Source of the DNA: the human T2T-CHM13v2.0 reference genome, Homo sapiens
DNA length: 64,000 nucleotides
Assembly: GCF_009914755.1 (NCBI RefSeq)
Contig: NC_060926.1
Reading direction: 5' to 3' (one strand)
Shown here one piece after another: positions 13,166 to 29,866 of the stretch. Both the position numbers and the translations under genes were made by a program. The notes below the pieces were generated by a model. That model worked only from the letters and a program-made list of their open reading frames with translations. It was not told the DNA's origin and searched no databases. Positions within the stretch are counted from its first letter, which is position 1, and each line of letters begins with the position of its first letter.

Positions 13166-16100
13166 TGAGAAGAATGATAATATGTAACATATTTAACACT
13201 CCCCACACGCAAGAAATAGTAGTTTACATGTATTGATTTCATTTATTCATTCCAAAAGCTAGAAAGATAGGACCTGATACTATTGCTATTGCACTAGTGC
13301 TATATAATAATTACCCAAGGACATATAGCTAGTAATTGTACAGATGAAGCTACAAACACAGTCTCACCATAGAGTCGACTGACTTAAATACTACACCAAA
13401 TTGTAACTGAAGATATGTTACCTACTTGGAAGCAACCATCTTATGTGGGAGAAAATGAATAACCTTAGCTCTGAAACTAAAATAAAAAATATTGTCTCTC
13501 TTTAGAAAATCTTAACAGTATATCATATTTTAAAGATTTAATGGCATCCTGTCAAAGATATATCTTTTTAAAAGAGATTTTAAAGTTCTGTTGTGAAATA
13601 CTTCAAAGTTATTGCTAAATGAGAAATATTGACCCATCTTGTACCAGTCTTTTAACAACTACACTTTTATCTTTTATGTATAAATGTGGGGCTGAAAAGA
13701 GCCACATTCTCTGTAGCTAGTGATGGAAGGAAACAAATTAGACAGTATTGAACAAAATTGTTTATGGGAAATTGGGGTTTAGTTCCCATTGGCCATAAAA
13801 TGCAGTATTATAGCATCAAATTAAACAAAACTTAAAATGGCACCACTTTGAATATTAGACATATGTTGGATCTGGACAACATTTCCAAACAAAAATTACT
13901 TACTTATATACATGTAGGGTGATTATTTTATAAAGCATGTAAAAAACTATAAAATATTTTTAATTACGCAGCATAATGTGGAAAATGCACAGTATTGTAG
14001 ACAATAGATTAAATTTATATCTATTAATCTTATCAAAATGACCTTCAAACTTTAAAAACATTTTGTGCAATGTATAGTCAATGTATTATTAATGATTCAT
14101 AAGATACTATTAATTACCATATATTACCTATGATATTCTGCTGGAATAAAATTGTATTTGTTAGAAGTAATTGAAATGCTTTCGGATTTTTTTTTTCCAA
14201 TTTCTATTTCTGTCCTATTCTATATCTAAAATGCATTTGTGGTTGTGCAAAGTTGTTCCTAAGAACTCTTAGGATCAAGGAAATGTGAACTTCCTCTATG
14301 AAACTATTATTTAGGTTTCTTCAGCTGTTAAGACATTAATGTAACTAGGTTTGGGCAAACCCATTTATCCTGGGTAGAGCATAGCTTTCAGCGCATATGT
14401 AATTAGGACTGCATTCATCCCTAAATGTAATCATAATGGCAATATCAGCTGGGATTAGATGTCTGTGATGCAGGTTAGTTTAGTTTTTTTCTTACTGAAC
14501 AGGTTTTTGCCTTAATAATCTCACTTGTCATGACAGCATGAGAGACTAGTGGTGAAAAATATATGAGTATCTCAGATCAATTTACATATATAACAAGTAA
14601 TCACATTCTATATCTAGAGTGACTACGTTGGTTTGGAAAAAAATCCTTTGGATTAGAGTCATCAAAATAGGATTTTTAGCAGAGAAATAAAATGATTTTT
14701 ATCAAGTTTGGGAATATTTATAGATAAAATGAGGTTTAATTCAGTTTATCTAAAAATAAATGTATAAACTGCATAATATTTGCCAGGCACTATGATGGAT
14801 GATGTGCTGGAGTACTAGGATAATTAGTTCCTGCCCTCATGAAAGCAATAATCAAGTGTGGAAGACAGACAGAGGTACCGACAGACAAAAGCATTCAGGT
14901 ACCAACTGGCAGTAGAGAGACACTGATGTTTTCACTGATATAAAATCAGGGAATAATGCCTGCACTTTTTTCTTAACATCGTTTTGGGGAACATAAAACA
15001 AGATAGAAGTAATTTTAAAGACTTAAATAATTTTAATGCACTTATTTGCTGTTATGTGGCTAAGCATATGAATCTGCTTATAATACGAGTATGAAATATT
15101 TTTATGAGTAGTTTAATTCCATACAGCCAGGTATTACAGCAAGTGTCTTAACTTATCATTATAGTTTGATCTCTAGTTCCATAAAATGTTCAATATGAAT
15201 TGTGAAGTATAAAAATGTACACATATCCACAAAACAATATTAAGTTCTTTTTCAGAAATAAGAGTTTTTCCTCAAAGTCCACAATTTTAGTTTTTCTTTT
15301 AAATTTTATATTTGGAAGGATTACTACATCCCTATCATAACCTATATTGGGTTTTGTTTTGTATATATAGACACACAAAATATACACATGAATATATGTT
15401 GTGTGTGTGTCAATACATATATAATATATGGAGAGAGAAAAAAAGGAGATGATGTTTTCATGCAGATTCAGCAATCTTCAACCAAGAGTTATTAAAGTTA
15501 TATGTGTGTAACATAGTCTCTCCAAGAGTTTTCTACTCAAGCACTGGCTGAGATTTTTCTTTTTTCTGTGCTTTCAGGAATATATTGGAAAACAAAGATA
15601 AAAGAGAATTCTCAAGTAAGTCATTTACTAGCTAAGAATTTAATTGTGAAGTTGCCAACCATGGTCTGATTTTTCATCGCCTTTTGTTCCAGGGTTATAA
15701 ACTTTTCAATGCATTTATATTTATAAACAATGCCCATCACATGATGAGCATGGATTATTAGGAATGTCTCCCAATAGAATTTTGTCAGCTTTCTGTACAC
15801 AATTAATTAAAAGCCCTGGTTCATTTTTTATCAAACATTTACAGTGGGTTAGAATATCTGAAATCTAAACTGAAAGTCTCTTTTAGCCCAAATGGCTACT
15901 CATTCCTTCATTTGGAAGGCTCTTTACTTCATGGGTTTGAAAGGGGGATTACAGCCATTGGAAAAATCACCTTGGGCAGAATGTGGTTTTGCTGATAACA
16001 GAATTATATTTCATAGTAAACAAGCCAGACTCTGTATCTAATTAACAAACCAACCGTGATAAAAATAAGTCAAAGGAGGAAACTTCTGGCCTAAAACTAT

Positions 16101-16244
16101 GATCCTGCCTGCAAAAGAATGGAGAAGGTGTAACAATAGACCTCTGACCATGACGATATTTGCAAATCATGTTGTATTTCTAAGAGGAACTCAAATAAGC
16201 AGTCTTCATATCCTCTACAGCAGAGTAAAATCCATAATCCTAGA

Positions 16245-16447
16245 ACTTTCTCTAACCCAGCTTCCCCACAGAAGCACCTTTGAATCACCTAGGGAACTTT
16301 TAAACCCTATCAATGCCTAGGTTCTAGCACTCAAATATAATATTCTGTTTAGTTAGTCTAGCATGGAACAGAGAACAGTTTACAATACGTTCATAAGTAT
16401 ACCTCTTCAGGTGATCATACTATGCAGCTAGGGTTGAAAGACTTGAA
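16245..16447. mobile_element. MER5A/B-like hAT-Charlie MITE remnant
   Basis: gaatcacctagggaacttttaaa...atgcctagg...caggtgatcatactatgcagctagggttgaaa. Confidence 0.65.
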
Positions 16448-17404
16448 TTTCTAGTCTGTTAATTCTGAGCAATCTGGAGTCATTTAAAAATATATGCATT
16501 GTATTAATCTTCATGATATTCACTTAGTATATCCTTTATTTTCCTCAGCATTACCTTAAATCTTGAAAGATCACTGTGAATCTAGTGGGAAGCAGTAGGT
16601 AATGGACAAAAAGTGCAGAGGAAGGAGGAAGGATAAGATTGGCAATGATAGTAAATACGTATTTAAAGTGGCTGTACCATATGAAGCTCTTGATATTTCA
16701 CAGATCTTTCATATCTATTGCTTTACACATCTTTGTTTCACTGGGTTTTTCTGTTTGTTTGTTTTTTAGACTCGAGTGCATAGGTTGAGTTAATCATATT
16801 CATCTATGTATGGCCCTTTAAATCTGTGCAACATTTTTTCTACATACATCCACAGCCCTCCCGTTTACTCTACTCTGTAACAGGCAACCGTTTTATCCAA
16901 AGTAGTGTATATTATTTTATTATATATAAAAACACCTTAAAATAAAGTAGAGCAAGTTCTATTATTCTCATTTTTACAGATGAAGAAGCTGTGAATTATC
17001 TATCTTTTGATGTGTATATTTTTAAAAATAGAAATGTTAGTTCAGATGGTAGAGATATTATAAGGTTTTAGGAACACAATTCTCTGAAGAATTTGTACCA
17101 ATTGACATTCTCACTACAGATAAATGGTTTCTTCTTTTCACACAAACTTGCTAAAAATAGAAATTAATCATTCATCCTTTATTGTTAATAATCTGATAGA
17201 AAAAATCTCTTATTTTAATTATATTTATATTATAAATTAACATATTATAATTAAATTATTCTTGCTTTAATTTAGAAACCTTGATTGCTAGTGAGGTTGA
17301 ACACATTTTCATTTGCTTAGTGGCTATTTTCATTTCTTCTATTTTGAGTTGTCTGTTCTTCTATTTCAGTTGTGTGTTTAGTTTCTTTGCCTATTTCTCA
17401 CTTA

Positions 17405-19755
17405 ACAGTTTTTCATTAAGGTATAATTGACATACAACAAAATTAACAGATTCCAGATATTCAGCCAGATGAATTTCAACAATTACATTCATATGTGTAT
17501 CCACTAAGCAAACAAAAATATAAATCATTTTCTTCACACCAGAAAGCTTCATGTCTCTTTCCAATGGACTGCCCTCCTGCAAGCCCTTCTACCCATGACA
17601 GTTTTCTGGTTTCTATCACTATTGATCCAGTTTTCTCTTGTTGGACTTCATATATAAATGGAATCATAAAGTACATATACATTTGTATCTTAACTCTTTT
17701 GTTTAATATATTTGATATTGAACCATGTTTTGTTTCAATAATTTATTCTTTTTGTATTTCTAATTAATATTTCATTGTATGAATATACAGAAACTTGTTC
17801 TTGCATTCTCCTGTTAATAATCTTTACCCACAATTTTAGGGGTTATAATAAATATTATTGCTATATACATTCTTGTGAAAATTCCTTTGTTTACATACAT
17901 TTTTAATTCCAGTGGCTAAATACCTAGGAGTGGAATTACTTGGCCATACCATAGGCATATGTTTTATTTTATTTGAAAAATATGAAATAGTTTTTCAAAG
18001 TGATTGAACCATTTTAAACTTCTACCAGAAACATACATAAGTGCCAGTTGCTATACATCCTCACCAACATTACTGCTTTTGATCTGGTTTATATTAGCTA
18101 TTCCAGTCAGTGTGAAATGATAGCCCATAGTAATTTTAATTTGAATTACCCTAGAGACTTTTATATGTTATTCTTGACCATTTATGTATGTTCTTTTTAT
18201 AAGGCATCTGATTAAGTTTTTGCCCATTTTTAAAAAGTGGCATCTCCATCTTTTAATTGCTATTTTGTAGGAATTCTTAATATATTCTAGATAGAAGTCC
18301 TTTGTCACATAAATGTGTTACAAATAATTTCTCCCTGTTTGTGGTTTGTATATTCATTTTTTTAACTATGTCTTTTGATGAACAGAAATTTTTGCTTTGG
18401 ATGGAGCCCAATTTATTTTTTATTGTTTTTGATTCTACTGTACTTATTCAAGATTTTCTCTCTTATCCTAAGGGAGAAAAGTATTTTCTTATAGAAGCTT
18501 CATAGTTTTATGTTTACATTTAGGTCTACACTTGATCTCAAAGTGTTCTTTTGTGTCCTGAATGACAAAAAGATCAAGTTGTACTTTGCTTTTATATGGG
18601 AGTCTAGTTGTTCTAGCCTCATTTGTTAAAAGGGAGAAAATATTAGCAAATTACATGTGACAAAGAACTCATATCTGGAGCATTTAAAAAATACTTAAAA
18701 ACAATCAAATTAGCAAATGGGTAAAAAACATGAAGAGATATTTCACTAAAGAAGTTATAGACGTAAAAAATAAACTCATAAAAATACGTTCAACATTGCT
18801 AGCCACCACACAAATGTAAATTAATACCACCATATGTTATCACTACATATTTATTAGAAAGACTAAAATAAAAAATAGCAACAATGCCAAATTTTGGTAA
18901 GAATGTGAAGAGACAATCTCTCATACATTGCTGGTGAAATATAGGATGGCAGTCACTCTGGAAAATGGTTTGGCAGTTCTTAAAAAACTAGACATATACT
19001 TGGGATATGACCCAGTAATCACATATGTAGATATTTATTTCAGAGAAATAAAACTACAAAACTTGCACATATTTATTTAAAGCAACTTTATATGTAATAG
19101 CAAAAACCTGAAGCAACCAAAATGTCCTACAAAAGATGAGTGATTGAAAAACAGCTGTGGTTCATCCAGGCTATGAAATACTACTCAGCAATAAAAAGAA
19201 ATGAACCCTCAATACACATAACAACCTGAATGGATCTCAAGGTGATAATGTTGAGTGAAAAAAAGTCACTGTCAAAAGATCATATGCTTTATAATTTCTA
19301 TTATATCACATTCTCCAAATGGCAAAATTAATAGAAATAAAGAGCAGATTAGTGTTTGCCAGGGATGGTGGAGGGGGGCAGAGTAATTATGAAGGAGTGA
19401 CACTACAAAGATCTTCATGGTAATGGAATAATGCTGTATCTGTAATGTTGATCACATAAAAGTACTTGGGACAAAGGGACATAGAAATAACATACACACT
19501 TTATAACAATGTCACTTTTGTGGTTTTTATATTGTACTATAAGTATGTAAGATGTAGCCAATGGAGAAACTGTGCTAAATTTATACAGAACATCTCTGTA
19601 GTATCTTTGCAATTTCCTATGAATCTATAGTACTTCAAAAAAAAGAGGAAAAAAAAGACTTTCTTTACGTCATTGTTGTTTATTTCTCTGTTGAAAGTTA
19701 GTTGACCATATATGTGAGGATTTATTTCTTGACTCTCTAGTATATTCCATTGGTT
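17405..19755 (-). mobile_element. Old L1M (MB/ME-type) 3' portion, split by a sense L1MC/MD insertion
   Basis: Antisense 3' end (aggtataattgacatacaac) through ORF2 end. It breaks at gcctcatttgttaaaa (~18630) and resumes at gactttct...ttgaccatatatgtg (~19657). Confidence 0.8.
18630..19650 (+). mobile_element. L1MC/MD-type 3' end
   Basis: gggagaaaatattagcaaat...aaatactactcagcaataaaaagaaatgaa...aatttcctatgaatcta plus A tail. Confidence 0.8.
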
Positions 19756-19819
19756 TTTCTTTTTTTAAATAAAAATAAAAATAAAAAAATAAAAATAAAA
19801 GTTATTATGGCCTGTGTTC

Positions 19820-22323
<2,504 letters not shown>

Positions 22324-22572
22324 AGATTAGTTTTAGCTAATTTTGAAGCTTAAAAGTATCTAAGAAGCTCATACTAATAAGAGTTCAATTGGTCACCCGG
22401 GATGATGCATTTTACTAAAGTTAAAGATACGTGAAGGATCAGGACATGACAATAATTTTCTACCATGGCTTCAAGTTGTATTATACAATTGTCCCCTTCT
22501 CACCATATTCACACTACATATACTAATTTTCCAGATTCTGCGTTAAGCATTAGAAATAAATTATTTTCTTTT

Positions 22573-23010
22573 ATCATGTTAAGTGAAGTAAACCAGGCAG
22601 AGAAAGACAAACACCACATGATCTCATTCATATGTGGAAGCTAAAAAGGTCAGTCTCATAGAAGGAGAGAGTAGAGTAGTGGTAACTGGAGGCAAGGAAA
22701 GGGAAAGGGTGGGAGGGATAGCCAGAGGTTGATTAACAGATACAAAAGTACAGAAAGATAGAAGGGATAAGTCCTAGTGTTCTATAAGACTACAAGATGA
22801 CTATAGTTAACAATAACTTATTATATATTTTCAAATCTCAAGAAGAGTAGATTTTTCCAACACAAAGTTATTATCAAAGTTAGAGGCAATGAATATGCAG
22901 ATTATCCTGATTTGATCTTTATACATTGCATACATGTATCAAAATACTATACTGTACCCCATAAGTATGTATAATTTATTATGTCAGTTAAAAGTCATAA
23001 TAGTAAAAAA
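22573..23010 (+). mobile_element. L1MA (MA3-5-like) 3' end, flanked by MIR-like sequence
   Basis: atgttaagtgaagtaaaccaggcagagaaagacaaacaccacatgatctca...gtaccccataagtatgtataa. Confidence 0.85.
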
Positions 23011-25640
23011 TATTTCCTTTAATATATATAATTAATTATATGAATTATATATTATTACTATCACCATTTTAGAGTTGAAGAAACAGAGTTGCAGAGATAA
23101 AATCTATTATTCAAGGTTTCACAGTAGCAAATAGCCAGGCAGTGAGACTCCAAAGCCCGCACTGGTAACCCCTCTAGATAGACAGTCTTAATACGCACTC
23201 CTAATATGCAATATGATTATATAAGATGTATAATTAAAATGAATCCATACTGAGCAAATTTTGGTGGACAAAATATGTATGAAGCAATGATAATTACAGA
23301 GCAGATAATTGATAAATACCTCATAAATAAAGATGTGAGTCATCCCTAGAAAATGACAAAATGAAAAGGAAGACTTAGCATCACATTTAATATAGCACTT
23401 AGCATGATGGAAAAAGATTTTTTCCGGGGGGTTTTGTTTTGCTTTTTGTTTGTTGAGTTGGGTTTTGGTATCTTTCTCCCTCAGAAAATACTTTATAGCT
23501 TACTTTGTGTAAACAGACCATAAAATGTGTTAAATGTTACAGTCTTACAGGCAGGGATCTCAGCTCAGCTTGTATGTAACAACAATATTTTTGTCATGAT
23601 ATGTTGTGAAGAAAAGAATACACTTTCTCACTTAGATAATATAACTTTTACAGTTTCTTATTCAAAATAATATCATGTAACACAAATCAAGTTTATTCTT
23701 GTGTTGACATCTAAACCATTAAAGATTGTCCATGACTACAGCTTTTACAACAGTAGCTATTGCTATTTCCTAAGTCAGATGGGTCTTTTTTTTTCATTAT
23801 CTTTGATCTTTGTCACTTGTTTGCTATCAAATATTCTTTTTAAAAGAGGTTACTAATGGCATTTGTAAGAAGCAGGCAAGCATCCAATCAGGGTACTTAT
23901 AATATCATACAGTTTACAGTGACATATTCACTAATATAACAGGCGTAAAGGTCATCTCATTTCATTTCACTTTTATATTTGTCAATACAATTATTCCATC
24001 ATAATTTGTCATTACTTAACTTTGTCAGTCCTCATTGCCATGACTTCACAAGTTGTGAATTCCAACCTATATTTTATGTCGAGCCCATAATTAGAAAACA
24101 AAAAATCAGATAGACTTTAACTCATTTTATTCATTTCATATGAAATCATTGGTTTTTAACATCATGGCCATGCTATTTTGCTATCATTGGCCTTATATCA
24201 TATGGGTAATTTCAAAATGCATCTCTCTGCTGCACCTAATCTGATCCTACTGCATGTCAAGTCACACTCCTTACCCATACTCCCCTGTTTTATAAGATGT
24301 AGTGTCTGATTTAAGCATTTGATTTTATCTTGTATTTTATTCACTGTGGTAAAATAATGTATTGGTGTAACAATTTGAAAAATCTTGTATTTGCTCCTGT
24401 CCAGGAAGGTAGCCAAGGGCTTTGTATTATCTTCTCTCAGAGAATCCAGCAGGGAGAATAGAAACAACTGAAGTTATCAGTTCTTCCTGTCTTTGGTACT
24501 GGCCAATCTTTAGAAGAGTTGTCACAGATGTTGGAGGGGAGAAGCAATTGAGAAAAAAAAAATTAAAAGAGACTGAGAAGGAGAGAAAACAATACTGTAG
24601 ATCTTTCTAATAGAGACCCTGGGTATTAGCAGACAGCACCCTGAGTAATAGAAGACTTTAGAGAGGAATAGGCACCTTATGCTCCAAGATAGAAGATATT
24701 CTTTATTTGTTTTTTATCTATGGTTTTCAGGTTGGAAATGGAAATCTGTAACTTATAAAAGAAATGCTCAAAATTCGTAAAATTAAAAAAGATGGAATAC
24801 TATTTTACTTCTAGTCTAAAAGTCAAAAAAACTGTAAATACCATCTAGCACATAATGTTTAATGAGCTCAGTGTTATTCTGTTATTCAAATATATATCTC
24901 ACTCAGCATTGGTGAGAAAAATTTACGAAAATTGAATTTCTAAGTCAAATATTGAATGTTTACATTAAAGATTGGCTGAAATAATATTAGAAGGCTTGGT
25001 AGCTTCACAGATGGACATGAAAGCATTTGGGAGAAATTACACTTTGGCTTTCCAATATTAGCATCCTTACCATAGAAATATGTTTTAGATTTTTTCATAG
25101 AACAATTTCTTCATAACAAAAATAATATGTTTCATCTATTTGTGTACAGATTGTGTTGATGTATCTGTGATATAGACATATAAAACTATATATTATAGTA
25201 GTGCTCCTGAAAAGTTATACATAAATAGAATTTATAATTCTTCTAGTAGCATCATTGTAATTTCAATGAAACTTTAAGTATAAAGGAATTACTTTGTGGT
25301 GTCAGTAACCCCATCCTAATTAAAGTATTTTAAACTTTAAAATAATTATTGAGTTTCATTAAATTAGGCCACTCTTGAATTATAATAAATCAGTAGTCAT
25401 AATAATAAATAAATTAGCAGTTTATTACAAGACAGAGAAGGAAATAAATGTATATTGTGCAGTCTGTGGTATAAACTTGGATAAGAAAATGAAATCATAG
25501 AATTGGAGTTGCCAAAAAATGACTTTTTTAGGACTCTGGTCCAGAAGAGATGGAATACATTTATTTCTCCCAATTCCTCAGGCTAAGTTGTACTTACATT
25601 ATAAGCTGGAAATAATGTAAGAGGCAACTAAAGGAGAAAT

Positions 25641-25884
25641 CGGATCACAAGATCAGGAGTTTGAGACCAGCCTGACCAACATAGTGAGACCCCGTCTCTA
25701 TTAAAAATACAAAAATTAGCTGGGCATGGTAGCACATGCCTGTAGTTCCAGCTACTTGGGAGGCTGAGGCAGGAGAATCACTTGAACCAGGAGGTGGAGG
25801 TTGCAGTGAGCCGAGATTGCACCACTGCACTCTAGCCTGGGCAGCAGAGTGAGACTCTGTCTCAAAAAAAAAAAAAAAAAAAAA
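25641..25884 (+). mobile_element. AluS, 5'-truncated (lacks ~60 nt)
   Basis: Begins cggatcacaagatcaggagtttgagacc; complete right arm and pure A tail. Confidence 0.93.
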
Positions 25885-26599
25885 GTGAAATAAGAAAGGA
25901 GAACTAGTTTGGGAACCCAGTACAGTGGAAACAAGCAAGCACACGTTGACTTACACCTGTATCCCATTCTCTCCAACCAAATCAGCTACCAACATAAAGA
26001 AAGTGATGCAGACTCAGCATTTCCTGACTCCAATCTAGCCACAGAAGGCGCCTCCCTAGGCTTTTTCCTTCCCCACATCAAACAAGAACCCTCCTGAAAG
26101 CACCATGTGAGCTTACTACTACTAGAAATGAGACATCACTCCAGAACTCTGCTAATGATTAGAGTCTAGAACAAGAATTATCTTACCTAAGACTTTCCTC
26201 CCCCACCAAGAGATATCAGAGTGGCTGAACAGCAAGGACAATGAATGAAAGACCATGTCACAAGGAAGTCTCCTTAGCCAAGTAGGCCTACAGCTCCACT
26301 CCTTCATTGAGACACACTAGGGCTGCTGGGCGTGGGAAAACATCTTTTTTCTCCTTAGGCAGCACCAGCAGGAGTGAGTGAATCCCTGGTTGCACCAGAT
26401 AAACCAAGTAGACCAATATAACAAAGCAAAGGCTTGAAAATTAAATTCTCATTGGAACCACAGCCCGCAAATGTAAACCAGGACTTGCATGCAAAACCTA
26501 AATAGGGGATTGCCTGTCAAAAGATTAAAAGGGAACCCAGGGTCTTCTAACACAAAATATAAAATATCCAGGATACAGATTATTTTTCAAAATATATAA

Positions 26600-26915
26600 T
26601 GGATTTTTACTTATTATAGTCACCTTTCTCTTCAATAAATTACTAAACTATATTACTCCAACTAAAACTTTGTACACTTTGATTAACACTTCCTTTTTCC
26701 CTATCCCTCCCTCACTTTAGCCTCTGGTAACCATCATTCTACTCTCTACTTCTATGAGGTCAATATTTTTAATTTCCACATATAAATGATATCATGTGGT
26801 GTTTGTCTTTCTGTGCCTAGCTTATCTCACTTAGCATAACATCCTCTAGGTTCATCATATTGATGCAAATGACAAGATTTCTCCCCTTTTTAAGGTTGAA
26901 TAGTGTTCTATCATA
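26600..26915 (-). mobile_element. L1MA 3' fragment
   Basis: cctctggtaaccatcattctactctctacttctatgag...cttatctcacttagcataacatcctctaggttcatc. Confidence 0.85.
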
Positions 26916-27598
26916 TATATACATATGATATATATATATATAAAATGTACTTATCATAAAAGAATCAGGAAAATAACAACTTAGATGGGAAAATAGAATC
27001 AACTGACGACAACACTGAGATGAATCAGCTATTTTAATTATCCAATAAGGGTTTTAAGACAGCTTGCATAAAAATGCTTCAATATCAATTACAAGTTCTC
27101 TTTCAACAAATGAGACAATGAAAAATCTCAGCAAAGAAATACACATTATTAAAAAAGAACCAGATTTTAGTTATATGACCATAAAGACAATAACAAAATA
27201 AAAATAAATCTAGCTGATGGTTTTAGTAACAGCGGTTCTATAAAAGATATTAGAAACAATAAACTTGAGGACAGATCAGTAGAATTAATCTAAATAATGA
27301 AAGAAAACTGACTGTAAAAGAAATGAATAGAGCCTCAGAAACCCCTAAGAAACAACGAAAGGCCCAACGTTTATATCAGTGGAGTTTCAAGGTGCAGACT
27401 AAGAAGTGGTGATGAAGGGGTATTGTAAAGATAATGGCTAAAAGACTTTCCAAATGTAGTGAAAGATATAAACCTACAGATTCAAGAACCTCAATAAATT
27501 TTAAACATGAAGAAACCAAAGACATCCAAGCAAAGACACTTCTAAAATTGAAATTCAGAAAGCTGAAGACAAAGTCCTGAGAGCAGCAAGAGAGAAAC

Positions 27599-28578
27599 TG
27601 ATGGGGATAGGATGCACAGGAATTCTAGGCAGTAAAAGGTGGGTCCCTTGCCAGGGACCCATCCTCAAGCTCAAAGCCTGAGACCACAGCCTAAAGTGAG
27701 AACACATACCCCTGTTTTCCTGCTTGAATATTGCCTTTTCCAAAATCACCCATGGCTTGCCTTGCCCCCCATCTTGTGCTTATAAAGACCCCAGGCTCAG
27801 TTGGCAGAGAGAGGAGGAGCAGCTGGACGTCGGAGACTATGGCTGGATTTCAGAGAGAAGCGACTTGACTTCAGAGGTACAGCTTGATGGTATAACTTCA
27901 AAGAATCTGGCTGGAGATGGCCGGATTTCAGGGGAAGATTACCTTCCTGCCCCATCTCCTTTTCAGCTCCCCTTCCCGCTGACAGCCAATTTTATTGGCA
28001 ATAAAATCCCCCGCATTTACCATCCTTCAATTTATTCATGGGACTTCATGTCTCTTGGATGCTGGACAGGAGCTCGCGTGTCACTTGAGTGCAGATACGA
28101 AAGGCTATCACACTTGCCCTTTTCACTCACAGGCGTAAGGCAGCTGCCTCACATGAAAAGGCAAAGGGCTCACTGAGCTGTTAACACTTAAGCCATCTGT
28201 GGATGGCAGAGCTGAAAAAGCACTATAACACTCCCTCCGGGGCTTCAGGGGTTGTGGGCACACCCCCGCATGCTGCTGTGGGGCCTGCAAGAATTTCACT
28301 CCTGCCAGGGCCCAAAAGCGCTCACCCTGGCTCCTGCACCTGCTCAACTGTGCGCACCCTCTCCTAAGGGGTGGAGCACAGCGGGTCAGAGTGAATGGAG
28401 TTCACTCCTGCCAGCACCAAAGCAACTGGCTGGTTCCAGAGTTCATGCACTCCAGTTCAGTTCGTGCCTTGTTCACTAGCACACTCTCTCCTGCAAAAAA
28501 ATTGAAAGCTGCGGGCTGGGTAAATGAGGCACCCCTATTGCGAGTCCTGCAAAGGGATCGGGGAAATATACTGCTTCA
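27599..28578 (+). mobile_element. ERV1 solo LTR, LTR28/LTR27 (LTR1-related) family, ~980 bp
   Basis: TG...CA termini (tgatgggga...ctgcttca), GC-rich, tataaa at ~27781, aataaa at ~27999, family motif gagctgttaacacttaagcc; splits the L1 ORF1 sequence agagaaa|atgacacctta. Confidence 0.82.
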
Positions 28579-29461
28579 AATGACACCTTACCTATGGGAA
28601 ATGCCAATTTGAATGGCAGCTGATTTCTTATCTGAAGGCACAGAGGCAAAAGGAAAATGACAAAACATTTTTGAAATGCTGAAAGAAAAGTACAGTGAAC
28701 TGCAAATTCCATATTCAGCAAAATAAATCTTTAGCTGTTAAGGAGAAAGGAAGACATTCTCAGATGATGGAAAACTTAAAAAAAAATTGTTGCTGGCAAA
28801 CCTACCCTTAAGAATGACTAAAGAAATCTGTCAAAAGCAAAGAATTTTTTTTAAGGAAAAAAACTCACTTCAAATTCAATGACTTAGACAAGTAGAAAGT
28901 TAAAAGCTTTCTACTTGAAAATATATAGTGCACAAATATTAAAGTAACATAGGAGTGACTATATTAACATCTGGTGGTAAAGTAGATTTCAGAACAAAAA
29001 TAAATTGCTAGAGACAAAGAATTACATTATATATTGATATAAGAATCAATCCAACAGGAATTTATAATAATCCCAAATGTGTCCATACCTAACAATGGAG
29101 CCTCAAAATATATGAAGTAAAAACTGACAGAGCTGAAAGAGAAGTGGAAAACCCAAAATGGTGGAGAAATTCAATCCCTTACTTCCCTCAGTAACTAACA
29201 GAACTAACAGACAGAAAATAAGCAAAGATATAGATCTGAACACACCAACAACAGGATCTAATTGACATATATAGAACATTGGTCCAACAAAGTGGAATAT
29301 TTTTTTAAGTGCCCATGAAATATTCACCAAAAACGACAGGAGCCTGGATCATAAAACCAACTTCAACAATCTAAAGAATAAAACCACAAAGAGTGTGTTC
29401 TCTGACCAAAGTAGAATCCAATGAGAAATCATGAACTGAAAGTCAATAAGAAAATCTCTAA

Positions 29462-29866
<405 letters not shown>

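Noticed and set aside
27724-28176. 150-aa ORF and overlapping ORFs
   Set aside because: Lie wholly within a GC-rich solo LTR; no recognisable protein
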